A model generated the notes under the pieces. The model was not told the origin of the DNA and searched no databases. It was given only the letters and a program-made list of their open reading frames with translations. Source: Octopus sinensis (Eukaryota). From it: 64,000 bases of DNA. The DNA is taken from positions 145,514,001 through 145,578,000 of the forward strand of contig NC_042998.1 in the NCBI RefSeq assembly GCF_006345805.1, written 5' to 3'. Positions 13,625-27,454 of this stretch are shown here, one piece after another (the first letter of the stretch is position 1; each line of letters starts with the position of its first letter). The translations under genes were made by a program, and so were the position numbers.

Positions 13625-14780
13625 AGTTCGGCGGCCAGCTAGTTGAATCAGTTAAGTGTCGGGAAAATGTATTGTTGTTTGTTCTGGCTCTTTGTGTTTC
13701 TCAGTTCAAATCCGGGTCAAGTCAACTTTACTTTTCGTTCCCACGCAGGGTCGATAAGATAAAATAGCAGTCACTCGATCAATTCCTAGGGATATCTGAA
13801 GAAGGAATTTTTATATTCCGAAATATTATATAAGACTATGGATAATTAAATTACAACAGTTATTATAGTCCATTGTTGTTATTATAGTGCATTGTTGTGT
13901 CATTCAAAACACATTATTTTTTGTTGATAATGATATCGACAGACATCTTACCCTCACAATTACTGCTATTGTACCTAAATTAGAAGTCCTTGTTTACTGT
14001 ACGAAAGGCGACGAGGTGGCGGAATCGTTAGCATGTCGGACAAAATACTTCTTTACGTTTTGGGTTCAAATCGCGTCAAGATCAACTTTGCTTTTGAACT
14101 TGTTGGGACCTATAAAATAAAATACCAGTGAGATCGATAAAGTAATATACCAATCAAATATTGTGTCAATGTAATTGACTATTCCCTATATTAAAAATCT
14201 CAGGCCTTGCGTCTATGCTTCCCTTTAAAGAGGAAGGGCGGTGCATCGGTTGATTCGCTGGAGCGTAAACCAATTCTTTCGGCTCTGTATGTTCTTGCTA
14301 GAATCAGTTTTGTCTTTCATTCTTTCGGGTTCGATAAAAGAAAATAGCAATCAAGCATTGCGGTCGACTATCCTTTATTTTTCTTAATTTCTATTTTTAA
14401 TGAACTTTGAAAAGGTGGTGTGCTGGCAGAATCGTTAGTGCGTCGGACAAAATGTTTACCAGCATTTCCTCCGTTACGTTCTGTCTTCATATTCTACTAA
14501 GGTAGACTTTTCCTTTAGGGGTCAATTATATAATGTACCAGTCAAGTACTAGGGTTGATGTAATCCACTATTCTATTTTACTTTATGTCTGTTTTTGTTG
14601 GTGAACTAGTAGAATCGTTGGCGTGTTGAAAATGTTTACCGGCATTTCTTTCGGCTCATTATGTTTTGTCTTGAATTTCCGCAGGGGGCAATAAAATAAA
14701 GTACCAGTCAGGTCCTCGGTTGAGGTAATCGACTAAACCCTCTCCCCCAAATTACCAAAATTGTGCATTAATCAGAAATC
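13625..14780 (+). mobile_element. Cluster of about 5 diverged family B SINE copies
   Basis: Repeated ggcagaatcgttag...gttcaaat...gtcaacttt...aagtaccagtca...gatgtaatc modules starting near 13630, 14005, 14235, 14415 and 14600. Confidence 0.75.
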
Positions 14781-15041
14781 GTTCTTTAGTTCATGGTATT
14801 TTCAAGCACCAAGAAGGTGTGTGTACGTGTCCTTTTCTTTGTATTTTGTATGTATGTAGGTTTGGCAGGTGTGAAAGGAACGGTAGAAATTGCTTTGTGC
14901 TTAGTTTGAAGCCTCGATGAAGATTTTTCATACTTTCATTCGTTTTCATGTAGGTTAGAAGTAAATATAAATGCAATATGTATTTTTTGTATAATGTTCA
15001 ATTTTTATTTATACACATACGGCCGTGTGGTTAGTTACAGA

Positions 15042-15272
15042 CAGGGCTGTGTGGTTTAAAAAGCTCACTTTACAAATACGTGGCTTCAGTTTCAGTCACG
15101 CAGAGCGATACCTTGGACAAGTGTCTTCGATAGTTCTGGGCTTATAAGTGATCGATAGAATAAGTACCGGACTTGAATAAAAGAAAATATGTACTCAGAT
15201 CGATTTGTTCAACTAAACTCTTCAAGGTCGTGCCTCAGCATGACCGCATCCAATGACTGAAGCAAGTAAAAA
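15042..15272 (+). mobile_element. SINE family A copy lacking the central microsatellite region
   Basis: Head ggctgtgtggttt...ccttggacaagtgtcttc is joined almost directly to the tail gatagaataagtacc...ccaatgactgaagcaagtaaaa. Confidence 0.7.
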
Positions 15273-16940
15273 CATTTTAATCAGTTATATATAAATATAT
15301 GCAGGTTTGCATACATATATCTTCTAAGTACACAGACGCATAGTGGTTAGCACAACTGTATGGTTTACATCAGATGCAACATATAATATCATACCTTGAT
15401 AACTGTGTGGACTAAGATCCCTGTTTACAAGTCTCCAATTTATCGTCATTTTCAGTTGAAGTCAACAAATGTGGACGGTCGAATGTTCTGATATCACTTT
15501 GGTGATATCAGCTACATGGTTTACAGCTTACGTGGCATTCAAGTTCCTGCTGGAGATGTAGATCTAGAAAAGAAGCACTCAGTACAAACGTAGAGTACAG
15601 TAGTTTCTTTAGGCTAGTCTGGTGGCTTGTTACCGTAGATCACCCAAAATAAACTTTACTTGTCTTTCTCTCTCTCCTCTTTCTCTCTCTCCTCTCTCTC
15701 TCTCTTTCTCCATATATATATATATATATAAATGTGTGTTTGTGTGTACACACATATATAATTATTTTCCTAACACAATATATATTTCGTCAGCTGTTGT
15801 CTGTTAAGGGCACGGAAACATATCACATGTCTTGCTGTGAATATTGTTTTGGATTAAAAGTCAAGTTAATGAGTTAGTGATCAGATAACTACCGCAGTTT
15901 CGATGACTGCTTAACAAAACTTTATAGCATTCGCTTCTGATCGTGTGCTTTTTTTTGTCTCTCTACTTCAGTTCCATGTTCTAAATAGTTTTCACAGCAA
16001 AACTAAATATGTATATATTTTACACAAAACTATTGTGCTAAAGAACTGAAGTTAAAGTTAGCTCAAATTCTATAGATTAACTTAATATGCTGCGAGATAT
16101 AATGTTTCAACGTTAGAGACAAAAAACCAATACATTTGTAGGATTGTGTTTAGTACACATGTACTAATTGCGAGACTGTAAGCGCAGACTGTTGAATGGT
16201 TAAGAGACTGCGAGACAGTTGAATGGTTAAGAAGTTTGCTTCGCAAGCGCGAGGTCTCAATTTAGATTCCACTGCGTAGCCTTTCGGAGAAGGGTAATGT
16301 TTTGCTACCTTAAATCAACCCAATACTTTCTGAGTAGAGGTCCGCTAGATGGATCGTACAAATCATTGTAACGGTGAAACTTTGTCATATGTCCACACTG
16401 TTTCTCGTTGATTCTACTTCAAAATTAAAGGATACACGCGTCTATGATAGACTCAGCCACGTACACGGGAATTCAAGAGCAGGTTATTCAGTAAATTTAA
16501 CAACTGCGTATCCACTACCAGCTACAACAACAACAGCATATATATGCATATATTCATACATACATACATACATACATACATGCATACATACATACATACA
16601 TACCCATATATATATATATGTATGTGTGTATATATAAGTATGTATGTATATATGCATGTATGTGTCAGTGTATATATGTATCCACATATGTATGTTTGCA
16701 ATTGCTTTTTAATTATCTGAATTCTTCCTCTGAAGAAAATATTGCATTCTAACAAAGATACAATCCTCCATCGTTCGAATGTAGATAAAAAAGACGAAAA
16801 ACAATGCCACGTTTTGAACTTCAGGAAAGTCTTGCATATTCCACTCACAGATAGTATTTGTAATGTGCGAGCTAATTGGTTGATTTCTTTTTCTGAAAAC
16901 CGAAGCTTAGAGATTTACTCACAAAACCAAGTGCATAATT

Positions 16941-17302
16941 ACCTTCACCTTAGCGAAGGCGGAGATATTGTTTTCAGTGTTGTTTGTTTGTCCGTGGGCA
17001 AGATATCTCAAGAACTGCTGGATGGATTCGGATGAAACTTTCAGGGATGTTTGGCCTCGTGACTGGCACGAACTGATTAAATTTTGGCATCAATCTAGTG
17101 CCAGACGGATTCTGGATTATTTTTCCTGTTTTTTTAAAACTTAATTTCTGAGAGTGGTCGGGTTCATTTATAGTATTCTCGTTTGTGAGAGCAGTCGAGT
17201 TTATTTCAGATATTCTCATTTTAAAAATCATCCCTGGCTAATCATTGAGAGGACGTTGGTGTTGCCTTGACAAAGGTTTGCGCTCTTTGAATGCTCTTGT
17301 TA
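16941..17302 (+). mobile_element. Helentron-type non-autonomous element (HINE/DINE-1-like)
   Basis: 5' accttcaccttagcgaaggcggag palindrome, (GTTT)n tract, agatatctca...ggatggattcggatgaaactt core, 3' ccttgacaaaggt subTIR-like motif and gcgctctttgaatgc stem-loop; T-rich flanks. Confidence 0.6.
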
Positions 17303-17716
17303 TTAGTGGTACAATGTAAATTTATAATCTGGATGTTGAAAATGATGGTTCCGAAGCAGTTGTCCATAGTTATTCTTTTTCTCTTTGATTTTCAAAGAGA
17401 TATTCACATCAACAGGGCAGCTGACCTCTATGACAGAATATACATTTTCTTTTAAGTTCCTTACAACGATATCCGGCCTGTTCTGTTTGCAGTTGGCACA
17501 CGTTTTGATGAGAATCTTTCACAAGTATTCCTTGTGGTGATGCTTGTGTGTGTGTTCAGTAACAGGGGGATTCTCTATATTTATTCTAAGACAGTATTTT
17601 CTTTATACACATGGCATTATGTATTGTTTTAGCAACTTCATGCCACTTTGATAGAGGTATGCATATGTGTATGTACGCCTACATATGTTGGTGTATGCAT
17701 ACACGTATACATATAC

Positions 17717-17793
<77 letters not shown>

Positions 17794-19088
17794 ATATATA
17801 CATGTATATGTGTTTGTGTATATATGTATATATATATATGTTTGGTGTGTTTTAGAAATTCCTTGATACAGTTATAATATTTGGAGAGAAGATTTTTTCT
17901 CAAAGAGTTGAGATCGATAAAAGAACCTTTTTAGAAAGTAGAAATACACTAACCTTTGGGAAGAGATTTCACAAAATGTGTGTTGGCTTTTGCTTTTATA
18001 GATGTACAAGCGCTTTCAGTATTTAACGTTTTCAAGCACATGTTATTACATATAGTTATTACATATAGTTGTATATATATATATATATATACGTTTCAGG
18101 AGACTCTAATATATCCTAAGATTTTATTTTACAAATCTCCAATGCACCCAGTAATTATTTACATTTTAAGAATCAATGTCAGTCTCCCAGTACCGCCATA
18201 ACCACCACCGCTCTAGCATAACACATGTTAACGAAGTTACGCTTATGTAGTTGCTTGACTTGCTAAAAAAATCAGTCAATTCTCTTGTAAAACACATCCT
18301 GCCGCCTAAAGAACTGGAAATTCACATTGGAATATAGGCCCCCTCCCCTTAGGCGGAGCGTACAGCCCAAGTTACGAAATGCTGGTGACCCTGAGATATC
18401 TACTGGATTCAGTAAAGAGCTTGCATTATCTCTGAATAGCTCCTGCAGTTTGTACATGGAGCAAAGTATCCCCGGTGTTTACTTCTCCTCCTTGATAACA
18501 TCGATTTTTGTGAGATGATGCAGAGAAATCTCAACATGAAAATCAGTCAAGGAAGCTCAACCTCTTTTCCCTTCATCAATATTTTTGTTTGTTGACCATT
18601 TATTTAATATTTCACTCCATTATACTATTGAGTTGATCACTGAATAAAACAATCGTCGAAGGTGTTTTTACAAAACTTCCCGGTCTTCGTTTTTGTTGTT
18701 GTTTTTCTGGAGTTTTATTTTATTCCGTTAAACCTGTTGTTTTAATATAATGAATTTTCTAAATACAAATTTATGAAATCTTTAAACACTAATTATAGCG
18801 TTTCCTTCATACAAAAGCTCAAATTTTCCTTGAATTTCATTAATTTTTCACATGCCCATGCATAATAATTATACTATAAAACTTCATGCAAGAAAATAAA
18901 TCTAGATTATTCTAGAAAATTTTCTGGTTCGTTGAATAAAAAAAAAACACAGACTGCTAAACACGCTCACATACACATCCAAATAATGTAAATTCTTGAG
19001 CGTAAATACATTTCTATAAACATACACACACGTACACACGCACTCACACACACAAACACACATACAATGTGAATTATTTTAAGTGTGC

Positions 19089-19152
<64 letters not shown>

Positions 19153-19259
19153 GTCTATCTCTTTTCCTATGTATGAGTGTATATACATATATGCATGAAT
19201 GAATACACACACACACACACACATTTATATATGACAGTGATGAAGATAAAGATATCAGT

Positions 19260-19530
19260 ATGGCACTCCGTCGGTTGCGACGATGAGGGTTCCAGTAGAT
19301 TCGATCAACGGAAGAACCTGCTCGTGAAATGAACGTGCATGTGGCTGAGCACTCCACAGGTATGTGTACCTTTGATGTGACAAGGTTGCCCTTTTGAAAC
19401 AGAGGTGCTACTCATTTTTGTCAGCTGAGTGAACTAGAGCAACGTGAAATAAAGTGTCTTGCTCAAGGACATAACGCGTCGCCGGGAATTGAACTCACGA
19501 CTTCACGATCTTAAGCAGGATATCTTAAAC
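19260..19530 (-). mobile_element. SINE family C
   Basis: tggcactccgtcggttgcgacg...agctgagtgaactagagcaacgtgaaataaagtgtcttgctcaaggac...gggaattgaactcacgac (B box on the minus strand). Homologous to 22548-22845 and 28962-29265. Confidence 0.85.
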
Positions 19531-20041
19531 GCTAAACAAACGCCCAAGGTGCCAAGCAGAGGGGTTGGACTGGGAACAATGTGGTTGGGAAGCTAGATCA
19601 CAGCAATACCTTGCATTTTCAAGCACAGAACATTCATAAGAGCTAAATCGCCGGAAGAATATGGAAGAAAATTCGCTTCTTTCGTGCTGTATTGCATTAA
19701 GTATGATACACAACCGACTGTTGCTCTCTCTGTGGCTTTCTCTCTTTTTCTCTCTCACTTTCTACACATACCTACATATATATGCACATATACGTATATA
19801 CATACATATTTACACACACACACACGCACACATATATACACACAAAGAGAGAGAGAGATTGATAGATAGTTACGTAATAGACAGACAGACAGACATATAT
19901 ATATATGGATATACACGCTAGTATCGAACAGTGAGAATGAGTGTTCAACACCACATTGTTGTTTTATGTGGAAGAGATATCCACAATTATTCAAGGGAAT
20001 CGCTTGGGAACGTTGGTACTCCTCTCCATTTTGGATGAGAG

Positions 20042-20094
<53 letters not shown>

Positions 20095-21103
20095 ATATAT
20101 AAATATATGCATATATACATACATATATGTACATACCTACATATATATGTATATATACATGCATATATGGGTACAGGACATAAAAAAGTGTTGAACACAA
20201 TGAGAAACGAAAACATAAAAACAAAAACATAGAAACGAACTTGTTTTCGAACGACGAAAAAAACAGAGAAACGAGACATACAACATAAAGAATATTCCCC
20301 TTCTTCAGTTGTCCCTGTTTCATCTACTCCGCGTTCGAAGGCAAGGACAATATATATATATATATTGTGGGTTTTCTTGTCGTAGACGACAGATGAGGGC
20401 TCCGCAATTTCTTGCTGACCAATGTGCACAGATGATTTGTTTATAGTGTTCAAATGCTTGTGCTATAGATTATGTAGATTAATTTACTTCTCACCCCAAA
20501 TCGATATTTCTGATACAGATTCCTTGCATGAGATATCGAAGTAATCGCAGAGCAATGTGAAATGAAGTGTTGCTCGAGAACATAACGTACAACTTTGTAC
20601 GCGAATCGGAAACCACAATCTTACGATCGTGAGTGCAATATTTTAACCACTAGATTACTCTCCATCACACACACATACATACACACTCACACACACACAT
20701 GGTCATTGGCATCATCGTTAATCCGTAATCTATGCTACAGAGATATAATCGTTGAGATTCCTTTTTTTGTCTCCATATTAAATATCTTTGGAAATTTCTG
20801 AAATACATCAGAATTTTAATTGTTTTTGGTTATCAATTGTATTAAATCCAGTACGAAACATCCTAGATATAATAAATGTTTTAAACACATTACCCATCAT
20901 ACTAGACATTACACATACGAGTTCTGTTGTGCCAGCTAGTAATACTTGCAACTTCGTAATATGTGATTGAATCTAAGTTGCATAATCTGAAATGCGCTTG
21001 TAGTAAGTATTTTCATATACAAACACATAAATACACATGTACGTACAAAATTAGTCACTCATACACACACACATACATATACAATCATACATACATACAT
21101 ACA

Positions 21104-21135
<32 letters not shown>

Positions 21136-21344
21136 CACATACATAGCGCCGTCAACAACAGATGAGCAGGTGAAAAGGTATGTTAAAACTGTTTGAACAT
21201 TTCCTTTCACAAATGTGGTAGTCGATCTCAGCGAACAGCGCTTTGTTTCATTCTGTAACATACGAACACATTCACACATGTCTACTCATGATATGATACG
21301 ATGTGATATATGATATGATATGATATGTATGTATGTATATGTAA

Positions 21345-21558
21345 ATCTTTTATCTCGTACTTGTTTCACTCATATGACTGCGGCCATGCTGGGGCACCAC
21401 CTTGAAGCCTAGTACTTGCTTTATCAGTATCTTGTTTTATCAGTATCTTTTTTTATCAGTATCTTTTGCCGAACCGTTAAATTACAGAAACGTAAACACG
21501 CTAGCACCGGTTGTATAGTGATGGTGGGAGACAAGCACGAACACAGTGACACACACTG

Positions 21559-21595
<37 letters not shown>

Positions 21596-21725
21596 AAATT
21601 CACTCACAAAGCATTGATCGGCCCTAGGCTATAGTTGAAGACTCTTGCCTAAGGTGCCACGCAGTGGGACTGAAACCTGAACCAAGTGGTTGGGAAGCAA
21701 TCTCCTTAACGCTCAGCCACGCGTG
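21345..21725 (-). mobile_element. SINE family A with internal (CA)n
   Basis: Reverse complement of both the family A head and tail. Confidence 0.85.
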
Positions 21726-21748
21726 CACCTATGTGTGTGTATGTGTGT

Positions 21749-21784
<36 letters not shown>

Positions 21785-21785
<1 letters not shown>

Positions 21786-22116
21786 TGATTCAGTGCTTAA
21801 AGCGTCGGACTCACAACCATGTAGTAGTGATTTCGTTTCCCGGATCGGGCTATGCATTGTGTTCTTGAGCAAGACACTTTATTTCATGTTGCTCCAGTTC
21901 TCTCAGCTGTAGAAATGAATTGCAACGTAACTGGGACCAAGCTGTTTCGACCTTTCCATTTCCCTTGAATAACATTGGTGGAGTGGAGAGGGGAGGCTGG
22001 CATGCATTGGCAACTGCTGGTCTTCGATAAACGACCTTGCCCGCACTTGTGCCTCGGAAGGGAAATTTCTAGGTATAATCCCATGGTCATTTATGACCGA
22101 AGGGGTCTTTACCCCT
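21785..22116 (+). mobile_element. SINE with family C head/core and a third tail type
   Basis: ttcttgagcaagacactttatttcatgttgctccagttctctcagctg core, followed by a tail unrelated to that of 19260-19530. Confidence 0.7.
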
Positions 22117-22289
22117 TGTATGTATGTTAGTGTGTGTGTGTGCGCATGTGCATGAGAAAGAGAGAAAGAAAGAATTTACTCAACAAGTTACATTATTCAG
22201 ATCTCATTATATTTAATGTTCGTCTTGTTTTTGTTCTTGCTGAAGAAGGGACAAGCTCTTCGAGACCAGTGAACGACTGCAGCAATAAC

Positions 22290-22500
22290 ATGAACAAATG
22301 GAAAATTCCAGACGAATGGTGTTTGAGGGAGAAAGGACCGTGAATAGTGTTCATAGCAGGGCTGTGACAAGTGGGGATTGGATGCAACAAAGATTACGAG
22401 AGGGGTGAGACGAATCGGTTGAGATCCGCTTGAATGGAGGAGGTGCGAAATCACGCAGATCTGAGAAACACTGGACATTATGGTAGCTGTATTGGACTGT
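22290..22500 (-). mobile_element. Decayed 3' end of a CR1/L2/Jockey-group LINE ORF2
   Basis: Minus-strand translation gives CFSDLRDFAPPP...HP and EHYSRSFLPQTPFVWNFP, resembling the C-terminal SFFPRTxxxWNxLP motif. Confidence 0.5.
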
Positions 22501-22547
22501 GCTTGAACAAACATAGACGACATTGATGATAACACAAATAATGGTTG

Positions 22548-22845
22548 GGTGCTCCGCCGGTTACGATGGGTATTCGTTGATCCGATCAACGAAAAATTCA
22601 TCTGCGAGTGGCTGAACACTCCACAAACAAACGTACCTCTTTAACGTAGTCCTCATGGAGGTTCAGCATGACACAAATGTGACAAGGCCGGCCCTTTAAA
22701 TTACAGCTCATTTTTGCCAATTGAGTGGACTGGAGCAACGCGAAATAAGTGTCTTACTCAAAGACACATTGCACCGCAGAGAATGGAATTCACGACCTTA
22801 CGACGTGAGACGAATATTCTAACTGTGGAGCTATGCACCTTCACC
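22548..22845 (-). mobile_element. SINE family C
   Basis: Homologous to 19260-19530. Confidence 0.85.
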
Positions 22846-23479
22846 TACAATAGTAATACAATAATAACGAACTTCTGAAACCAATGAAAGCATTATATCT
22901 ATTTCCTTTGGCCTTTACATTCGAACCAATCTATTATGGTATAATGAAAACACCCAAGAAAACCCCTTCTTACGGCTATATGAAGCTGCTAAAGTATAAC
23001 GGGGATGAAAACCATCCAAACGTAAACTATATCATAGCTTAACAGCTTCCAGTATGGACAACCTTCCATTGTCCGAAAATTAGCCACCATAAGATAGCAA
23101 CAGTTATTAAAGCTCTTTTTTAAATGTTGATTGGATTTTCAGAAAATACACAGATGTAGCTAAAAGTTGTTGTGGCGAAGAATGATAAAAACGTAAACGA
23201 AGTGCACTTACGTCAGTAAAATTAATTTGGTGGAACATTGAAAAGATGGGGTACATGGGTATTTGAGCACGTACATACATGCATTCATATGCACACATGC
23301 ATACATTTTTACACACATACACACAGAAATACATACATGCATACATACATCTGAGATGATATTAACATCGATCATCAAAGAAGTTTATCATGGCCCAATA
23401 GCCGGATTAATGCCTCCCACTTTGAAGGGTATGCGTTTGCAATCCATCAACAGAAAATATCAACCAAATAACTGATGCA

Positions 23480-23965
23480 CAAAAGGGACAGAGATGCAGA
23501 CTTTGTGGAGTTAAATTCGAAGATTACATCATAAGCAGTTGTCCGAAAATGTTATCACTGTATTATCTATCGATGAGACACGATGTTGTAGCTAGAACAC
23601 TCTATAATAAAATCCGTCGGAAATATAACCGCGAGGACAAATAAATAAGAACCCATAGTATGGTGGAAGCCATAGCCACTCATAATAAAAAGGAGTGGTG
23701 GTGGAATGTACCAGTGAAGACCTCAATATAATGTAAACACAATAGACCTAATATAATGAATTGGGATAGAGAAGAGAAACTGTGTACAATTGTAGAAATC
23801 AGCTGCCCAGTGGATATTAACATAAAGCTGAAGATCAGTTAAAAAGAGAATACCTACGCTGAACTATTGCGAAATCTGCAGTTACTCTATCCAGATTACA
23901 AGTTCAGGTCTATACCTGTAATTATTGGAACACTGAGATCTTTAACACACTGCCTAAATACCAAT
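23480..23965 (+). mobile_element. RLE-type non-LTR retrotransposon 3' remnant (CCHC + restriction-like endonuclease)
   Basis: CRLCG...IISSCPKM; WWNVPVK...CKHNRPNIMNWDREEKLCTIVEISCPVDIN...IPVIIGTL, with stops and frameshifts. Confidence 0.8.
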
Positions 23966-24415
23966 GTTGAGGAATACTGGTGGAACATTCTCATCAAAAC
24001 ATAACGTGCCGGTTGTTGTTGTTTGGAACAGACAAGAAAAAGTATGTATCGTCATAGAGGTCAGTTGTCCTGTTGATGTCGATATCTCTTTGAAAATCAA
24101 AGGGGAAGAAGATAACTATGGACACCTGCTTCGTAACTTCCAGTTTCTATATCCAGGGTTATAAATTCACATGTATACCAATAATAATTGATTCACCTAG
24201 TTTTGAGAGTTAATACATAAGTGACTATCTGGATAAGCAAAGGTTTTCAGAAAACTAAATCAACCAACTACAGATACGATCTAAGTAGAACTGTAAAAAT
24301 ATGCAAGAATTTAATCAAATTTAAAATGTGACATTGATTTCGTCATCTACATTCCAACGATGGAGCTTTTTATCTTTGTTAGAAACCGCCTCCTTCCTCA
24401 GGAGAATTTAAATTG
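23966..24415 (+). mobile_element. Second, diverged RLE-type LINE 3' remnant
   Basis: EYWWN...KHNVPVVVVWNRQEKVCIVIEVSCPVDVDISLKIKGEEDNYGHLLRNFQFLYP...TVKICK (ORF 23964..24164 plus frameshifted continuation). Confidence 0.8.
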
Positions 24416-25269
24416 TTAAACAAAAAATAGAAGAAAACATACATAAATACATACATACATACATACATACATACATACATACATACATACATGCATACAT
24501 ACATACATACATACATACATGCATACATACATGCACACATACTCACACACGCACATACATGTGTGTGCGCGCGTGTGTGTGTGTGGGGGTGGGTGTGTGT
24601 GTGTTTGTATGTGTGTGTAATTTAAACAAAAATGAGCTAAGAGAAATAACTCAGAGTGGCCAGTGGCATGTATTTGAACAACATGGAGAAATACAGGTAC
24701 ATCAAACACCTTACAATATAACTTCTTGATTTATTAAAACTATCTACGTCTCAATCACACGCACACACACACAAACACACACACAAATACGTATGCACCG
24801 CGCACATGGCTATATATATATATAAGGCATGCATACTTATATTTATATATAATATATACACTCATGTTCATATGTGTTCGTATATGTGTGTGTATGTATG
24901 TATGTATGTATGTATGTATGTATATCCGTTCACATACGCATATACCTATCACCGTCTGTCGATTCGATTCAACTCAACAGACCTGTAGAGTTGCGAAGAG
25001 TTATGAGGAAGCAAAATCCATTACCAAGTCTTTTGATAACATTATTGCCTATTATAACTTTCAGTTGGCTTTGAAGCCAGGTTACATAACGACATTTTTG
25101 ATATCTTCATAGAATTACCTGAAACCGGTTGAGATAAACCCACCCAAAGATAGGAAATGGTCTGGTGTATTATATTTTTCTCAAAAGTTCTCGAAAGGTG
25201 GAACTTTGTCTCGTATTTGCAGAAGCAGCGAAATTCGTGTAATGAATCTGAGCGCTCTGATAAGCTGAT

Positions 25270-26075
25270 AAAGGCGGTGAGCTGGCAGAATTGTTTGTGT
25301 GTTGGACAAAATGCTTAGCGTTATTTGTTCTGACTCTTGACGTTCTGCGTTCAAATACTATCGAGGCCAACTTTGTGATTCATCCTTTTGGTATTAGTAA
25401 AGTAAAGTAATGGGGTCGATGTAAGCGACTTGTCTCCTGACTTCAAAATTACTGGCTTGAACTCTGTACCTGACTAGTGTTCCATTAAGGAAAAACGTTG
25501 TGATCTCAGACACTTATACGATATAGGAGCCAGGAAATCGTCTTTACGAGTCCTGAGTCTCTAGAAAAGAAAAAGAAAACTTGATACAAAAAAAAAATAA
25601 GCTAATGGATCTATATTTAGATTCAATATTGGTGGATGTAAAGGCAGAAGAATCATTAGCACTCCAGGTAAAATTCCTAGCGTCATTTCGTCCGTCTTTT
25701 CATTCTGAGTTCAAATTCCGCGAGGCCGATTGCGCCTTTCATACTTTCCGGGTTGTTACCAGTTGAACACTGGCGTCGATGTAATCGACTTACTCCTGGC
25801 TCAAAATTGCTGGCTTTCTGCCAAGATTTGAAATCGTTATTATTATTATTACCATAATTATTATTAAGGTAGCGAGCTAACAGAAATGTTAGCGTGCCGG
25901 ACAAAATGCTTAACAGCATTTCGTCCGTCTTTACGTTCTGAATTCAAATTCTGCCGAGGCCGACTTTGCTTTCCGGGTCGTTAAAATAAGTACCAGCTGA
26001 GTTTTGAGGTCGATGTAATCGAATTACACCCACCTCTTCTCGAACTTACTGGCCTTGTGCCAAAATTTGAAACCA
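25270..26075 (+). mobile_element. Three family B SINE copies
   Basis: Heads at ~25272 (aggcggtgagctggcagaa), ~25640 and ~25867, each with gttcaaat...gaggccga...gtcgatgtaa. Confidence 0.85.
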
Positions 26076-26662
26076 ATATTGGAAACCAAGATCAATTTTT
26101 GGTAGGCGTCGTGTGGTTGAATTGTTTTAGAGTTCCATCAAATATTTTTTGTTGTTGTTGGTCTTACAGTTTGGGGTTGACCAAAACATTGTGAATTACG
26201 GCGTGCATTATCTCAATTTTCACACAATCTTTATCCCCGAGCATTACGTTTAAGTCACACGTGTCGATGAAGTACTCACTCGCATACACGTTAAATCAGA
26301 AGCAGATAATCCAGTTGATCAAACGATTAAATCATATTGACACACAACGAAGATCCCCCAACAGCAACCGTCGTTGTTTTGGTTGTGGTTGTCTTTCCTC
26401 TGGGATAACTCACACTGATCCGACTTATAATCAACCGCGTTCTAATATTGACCAATCAACCAGTCTTTCTTTCGAGCTTTCTGTGTCCAAGACTACATAA
26501 TCAAACATGTTTCCCATCCATCTCTTCGAGACAGTAATGTATTACCTAAGGGATTTCCGGCTGTTATTTCTAGCAAATCGAGAAACCACGCAGACATTCC
26601 CTCGACTTTTAATGCAGAAAATCTTCTCACGGGGTTGGCGACATTTCTCTAACGCCCGACCG

Positions 26663-26672
26663 TACCACCACC

Positions 26673-26704
<32 letters not shown>

Positions 26705-26776
26705 CAAAACCACTACTACTACACTAGCAGCAGCCGCCGCCGCCGCCGCCGCCGCAGCAGCAGCAGCGGCAGCAGC

Positions 26777-26837
<61 letters not shown>

Positions 26838-27341
26838 ATAGTCGATGTAGTTTAAGCGAGCTATTGCAAATTAGCATAGGACGAGCATCCAGTTGAATTT
26901 GACTTGATTTTAACGTAATCACAGGATATCCGTTTGACAATTGTCGTCTGCTGTTCTATGGCAGGTGTCGTCATCGGCAAGTAGTGGTAATGGAGGTGGT
27001 AATGATGATGATGATGATTGCCACGACGGTGATAAATTTGCCGACGACGATAATAATGGTGACGATTATGGTGATGATGATGGCAATGATGGTGATGGTT
27101 ATGTCGATGACGATGGTAGGGATGATGATGGCGATGATGATGATGGTGATGATTGTAGTGGCGGTGGTGGTGGAGGCGGCAGCAGCGGCAGTGGTGGTGA
27201 GGATGATTGTAGCTGAAGCTGGTTGTAGAGATGCTGGCTGCGACGGTGACGATGGTAACGAAAGTAGTACAAGTCGCAGCCATATTGGAAATGGAGTTAC
27301 AAGCAGCAGCAGCAGCAGTAGCAGCAGCAGTAGCAACAGTT

Positions 27342-27398
<57 letters not shown>

Positions 27399-27418
27399 TG
27401 GTGGTGGTGGTGGTGGTG

Positions 27419-27454
<36 letters not shown>

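Noticed and set aside
13625-14780. Regularly recurring motifs superficially like a CRISPR array
   Set aside because: Units are ~200-bp diverged SINE copies in eukaryotic DNA; no identical short repeats with unique spacers and no cas genes.
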